A DNA stretch of 64,000 nt from Eubacteriales bacterium. Lineage in GTDB: Bacteria; Bacillota; Clostridia; Oscillospirales; CAG-272. This document shows, piece after piece, positions 61,678 to 64,000 of the stretch. The notes under the pieces are model-generated. The model saw only the letters and a list, made by a program, of their open reading frames with translations. It did no database searches and had not been told where the DNA came from. A program made the translations under genes and the position numbers. The stretch spans positions 5,510 through 69,509 of the forward strand of contig JAZSIK010000024.1 of assembly GCA_045533775.1 (NCBI GenBank), in the 5' to 3' direction. Each line of letters begins with the position of its first letter. The stretch's first letter is position 1.

Positions 61678-64000
61678 ATGAACAAGTTATTTAAGAAAGA
61701 AAAGCTTGCAATAGCCGTGATACTTGCGCTGACATTGATTATGTCTATGGCAGTGACAGTATTTGCAGAGGGAACAGGAGAGTCTGCTCCGAAGTCCTAT
61801 TGGGACGACCCCCTCTTCTTTGAGTTTATTTTACTCGTGGTATCCTTCCTGTCGGTTACCCTTTGCACATTCCTTATTTACCGTGCTGTTAAGAACAGAA
61901 ATAAGGAGATTGAATATGAAGAGCGCGAGGGAACAGTAAAGCTATATGAGGATCTTGATGATGCTAAGTGGGATGCCCCCGATAGCGTATTTGTAGATGC
62001 TCTGGAGCCTACCGCCGCTATTCTCAGCGAGCTTGAGCCTGTTAAGCCTATTCGCGGACTTGATAACTTTGTTATCACAGAGCAGCCTATTGAGCCGATA
62101 AAGTCTATGAATATGGGCGCAGACCCCTATGTATTCAGAAGGGCGGATGATATCAGCAACGCTGTTTATGAGGCAACTCCAACCACTCCTCTTACTTTAG
62201 GTGATCTTGATTCCCACGAGGAGATCGCTGATCCCACAATGGTGAGAGAGCCTGCTTACTTTGCTCAGCCCGGATACAGTCCCTTTGTTGAGCCTCAGAA
62301 GCAGCAGACACAGCATCCCTTTATGTATGAGAATGTTCAGACCACAGCTCTTAAAGATGAGCCTGTCATTCCCGATGCTCCCGCAGCCGTAGCAGACAAA
62401 CCCATAGACCCTGCTTACACACCTTACTCTTCTCCTTATACATATATCGCAAACTCCGACATTCCCGGTGCGGTACCGTTTGTTACTCCCGCCGCGGCAG
62501 TTTATGAGAATACACAAAAAACCGTTACTCTTGAGGATGAGATCATTCCTAAGGCAGCTCCCACGCCTGCTCCCATCAGCGAGGCAGTTACCCCCAAGGC
62601 CGATCCCATTTCCTCTCTTGCTGACATTCCGATCACCATTTATACATCAGGTGATGATGACGGCGTTGTGCATATCAATGCCACGATCCTTGAAAATACA
62701 GTTAAGGCAACCACTATTGAGGATGAGCCTGTAATTGCTCCTGTAGTCCAGCCTGATCCTGTGGCAGAGGCAACAGAACCTTCTCCCTCTACACCGATAG
62801 TTTATATGCAGGTTAGAGATGACTCTCCTGTTGAGATTCCTGCGACTGAGGCTAATATCTTTGAAAATGCGGTCAAGGCGACTACTCTTGAGGATGAGAT
62901 TATTCCCATTGTTCGTGAGCCTGTTGTTATTGCAGCAGTTGCTACACCCGCAAGCGAGCCCGCAGGCAACCTCTTTGCAAACGTAGAAGAGCCTATTGAG
63001 ATTCCTGTTACCGAGGCAAATATCTTTGAGAACGTAGTTCTTGCAACCGCGCTTGAAGATGAGCCCGAGATTCCTGTTGCGGCAGAGCCTGTTGTTATTG
63101 CAGCAGTTGCTACACCCGCAAGCGAGCCCGCAGGCGACCTCTTTGCAAACGTAGAAGAGCCTGTTGAGATTCCTGTTACCGAGGCTAACATCTTTGAGAA
63201 TGCAGTTCTTGCAACCGCGCTTGAGGATGAGCCTGAGATTCCTGTTGCAGCAGAGCCTGTTGTTATTGCAGCAGTTGCTACACCCGCAAGCGATCCCGCA
63301 GGCGATCTCTTCGCAAACGTAGAAGAGCCTGTTGAGATCCCTGTTACCGAGGCTGCAGTATTTGAATCTGCTCCTGTTACCATTCTTGAGGACGAAGCAG
63401 ATGAGTTTGCAACAATTGTACCCGTTATAATTCCTGTTTCCGAAGAAACAGAATCTATCAGCGAGGCGACAACTCCCGTATCTACACCTATTATTGGCGT
63501 ATTTGCAAGCGAGGAAGAGCCTGTTGAAATGCCTGTATCTCAGGTTGCAGTATACGAAAATACCGTATCTACAACTGTGCTTGAGGATGAGGCAGCAGAG
63601 CCTGTAGTTGTAGCACCTATTACATTCGTAGACGAGGCAACAACACCCGAGTCCGAGCCTGTTGCAGCTATGTATGCTGAGGTTGAGGAGCCTGTAGTTG
63701 TTCCCACCACTGAGGCAGCAGTATTTGAGCAGACAGTATCTACAACTGTACTTGAGGACGAGGCAGAAGAGCCCGTAGTTGTAGCACCTATTACATTCGT
63801 AGATGAGGCAACAACACCCGAGTCCGCGCCCGTTGCAGCTATGTATGCTGAGGTTGAGGAGCCTGTTGTAGTTCCTGTAACCGAGGCAACGGTATTTGAA
63901 TCTGCTCCTGTTACCATTCTTGAGGATGAGGCAGAAGAGCCTGTAGTTGTAGCACCTATTACATTCGTAGACGAGGCAACAACACCCGAGTCCGAGCCCG
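61678..64000 (+). CDS. Large acidic Pro/Glu/Val/Ala-rich tandem-repeat membrane protein (5-prime partial; continues beyond the window)
   Basis: Absent from the ORF track because there is no stop in the window. ATG 61678 follows GGAGAGAG. Signal peptide MNKLFKKEKLAIAVILALTLIMSMAVTVFAEG, one TM (FFEFILLVVSFLSVTLCTFLIY), then more than 650 aa of repeats. The long minus-strand ORFs here are shadows. Confidence 0.8.
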   Translation, partial: MNKLFKKEKLAIAVILALTLIMSMAVTVFAEGTGESAPKSYWDDPLFFEFILLVVSFLSVTLCTFLIYRAVKNRNKEIEYEEREGTVKLYEDLDDAKWDAPDSVFVDALEPTAAILSELEPVKPIRGLDNFVITEQPIEPIKSMNMGADPYVFRRADDISNAVYEATPTTPLTLGDLDSHEEIADPTMVREPAYFAQPGYSPFVEPQKQQTQHPFMYENVQTTALKDEPVIPDAPAAVADKPIDPAYTPYSSPYTYIANSDIPGAVPFVTPAAAVYENTQKTVTLEDEIIPKAAPTPAPISEAVTPKADPISSLADIPITIYTSGDDDGVVHINATILENTVKATTIEDEPVIAPVVQPDPVAEATEPSPSTPIVYMQVRDDSPVEIPATEANIFENAVKATTLEDEIIPIVREPVVIAAVATPASEPAGNLFANVEEPIEIPVTEANIFENVVLATALEDEPEIPVAAEPVVIAAVATPASEPAGDLFANVEEPVEIPVTEANIFENAVLATALEDEPEIPVAAEPVVIAAVATPASDPAGDLFANVEEPVEIPVTEAAVFESAPVTILEDEADEFATIVPVIIPVSEETESISEATTPVSTPIIGVFASEEEPVEMPVSQVAVYENTVSTTVLEDEAAEPVVVAPITFVDEATTPESEPVAAMYAEVEEPVVVPTTEAAVFEQTVSTTVLEDEAEEPVVVAPITFVDEATTPESAPVAAMYAEVEEPVVVPVTEATVFESAPVTILEDEAEEPVVVAPITFVDEATTPESEP
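62917..63420 (+). repeat. Three tandem 168-bp (56-aa) coding repeats
   Basis: Units start at 62917, 63085 and 63253 (EPVVIAAVATPASEPAGDLFANVEEPVEIPVTEANIFENAVLATALEDEPEIPVAA). Near-identical, with the third diverging in its last third. Confidence 0.85.
63598..64000 (+). repeat. Second family of tandem 168-171-bp coding repeats (continues off the window)
   Basis: Units start at 63598, 63769 and 63937 (EPVVVAPITFVDEATTPESEPVAAMYAEVEEPVVVP.TEA.VFE...LEDEAE). Confidence 0.85.

Noticed and set aside
1-64000. Search for tRNA, rRNA, transposase, integrase, phage or CRISPR-Cas genes.
   Set aside because: No intergenic segment has tRNA-like length and GC content. No ORF shows DDE, tyrosine- or serine-recombinase, or Cas motifs. 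The window appears free of classical mobile-element genes.

Overview
This 64-kb window looks like a chromosomal segment of a spore-forming Firmicute (class Clostridia). Gene content and codon usage suggest an Oscillospiraceae/Ruminococcus-like organism, but that is inference only. I count roughly 60 protein-coding genes, mostly housekeeping. They include rpsO-pnp; a reduced nrdR-yicC-remA-rpoZ-priA-def-fmt-rsmB-rlmN-rsgA cluster; rplJ-rplL with an L10-type leader; glyA; cotJABC; nfnAB-like oxidoreductase genes; sdaA; an alanine/sodium symporter gene; hom; argS; yebC; uvrBA; nrdG-dut; and upp. I recognised no rRNA, tRNA, CRISPR array, transposase or integrase.

The parts that ordinary annotation does not explain are:
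1. An array of AT-rich single-gene cassettes downstream of cotJC (about 32.6-36.3 kb). The cassettes are separated by conserved hairpin-plus-promoter junction modules and multi-hairpin repeats, and the array contains a duplicated relic of the cotJC 3-prime end. A related junction sits in front of a GNAT gene at 38.7 kb.
2. A 1.55-kb very AT-rich stretch with no credible ORF, lying between the convergent rplL and glyA terminators (27.19-28.74 kb). rpoBC would normally follow rplL at this point.
3. A pair of surface proteins built from collagen-like GXY repeats and repeated Cys-rich ...C..C...(T/L/F/Y)GH modules (9.8-12.5 kb).
4. An esterase-acyltransferase fusion gene (3.7-5.9 kb).
5. A small AT-rich islet carrying membrane-protein, LRR and XRE genes (57.5-59.3 kb).
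6. A long acidic tandem-repeat membrane protein that runs off the right edge of the window.

Many long antisense ORFs in the supplied track are codon-bias shadows, and I rejected them. All functional calls come from reading motifs in the translations; no database search was possible.
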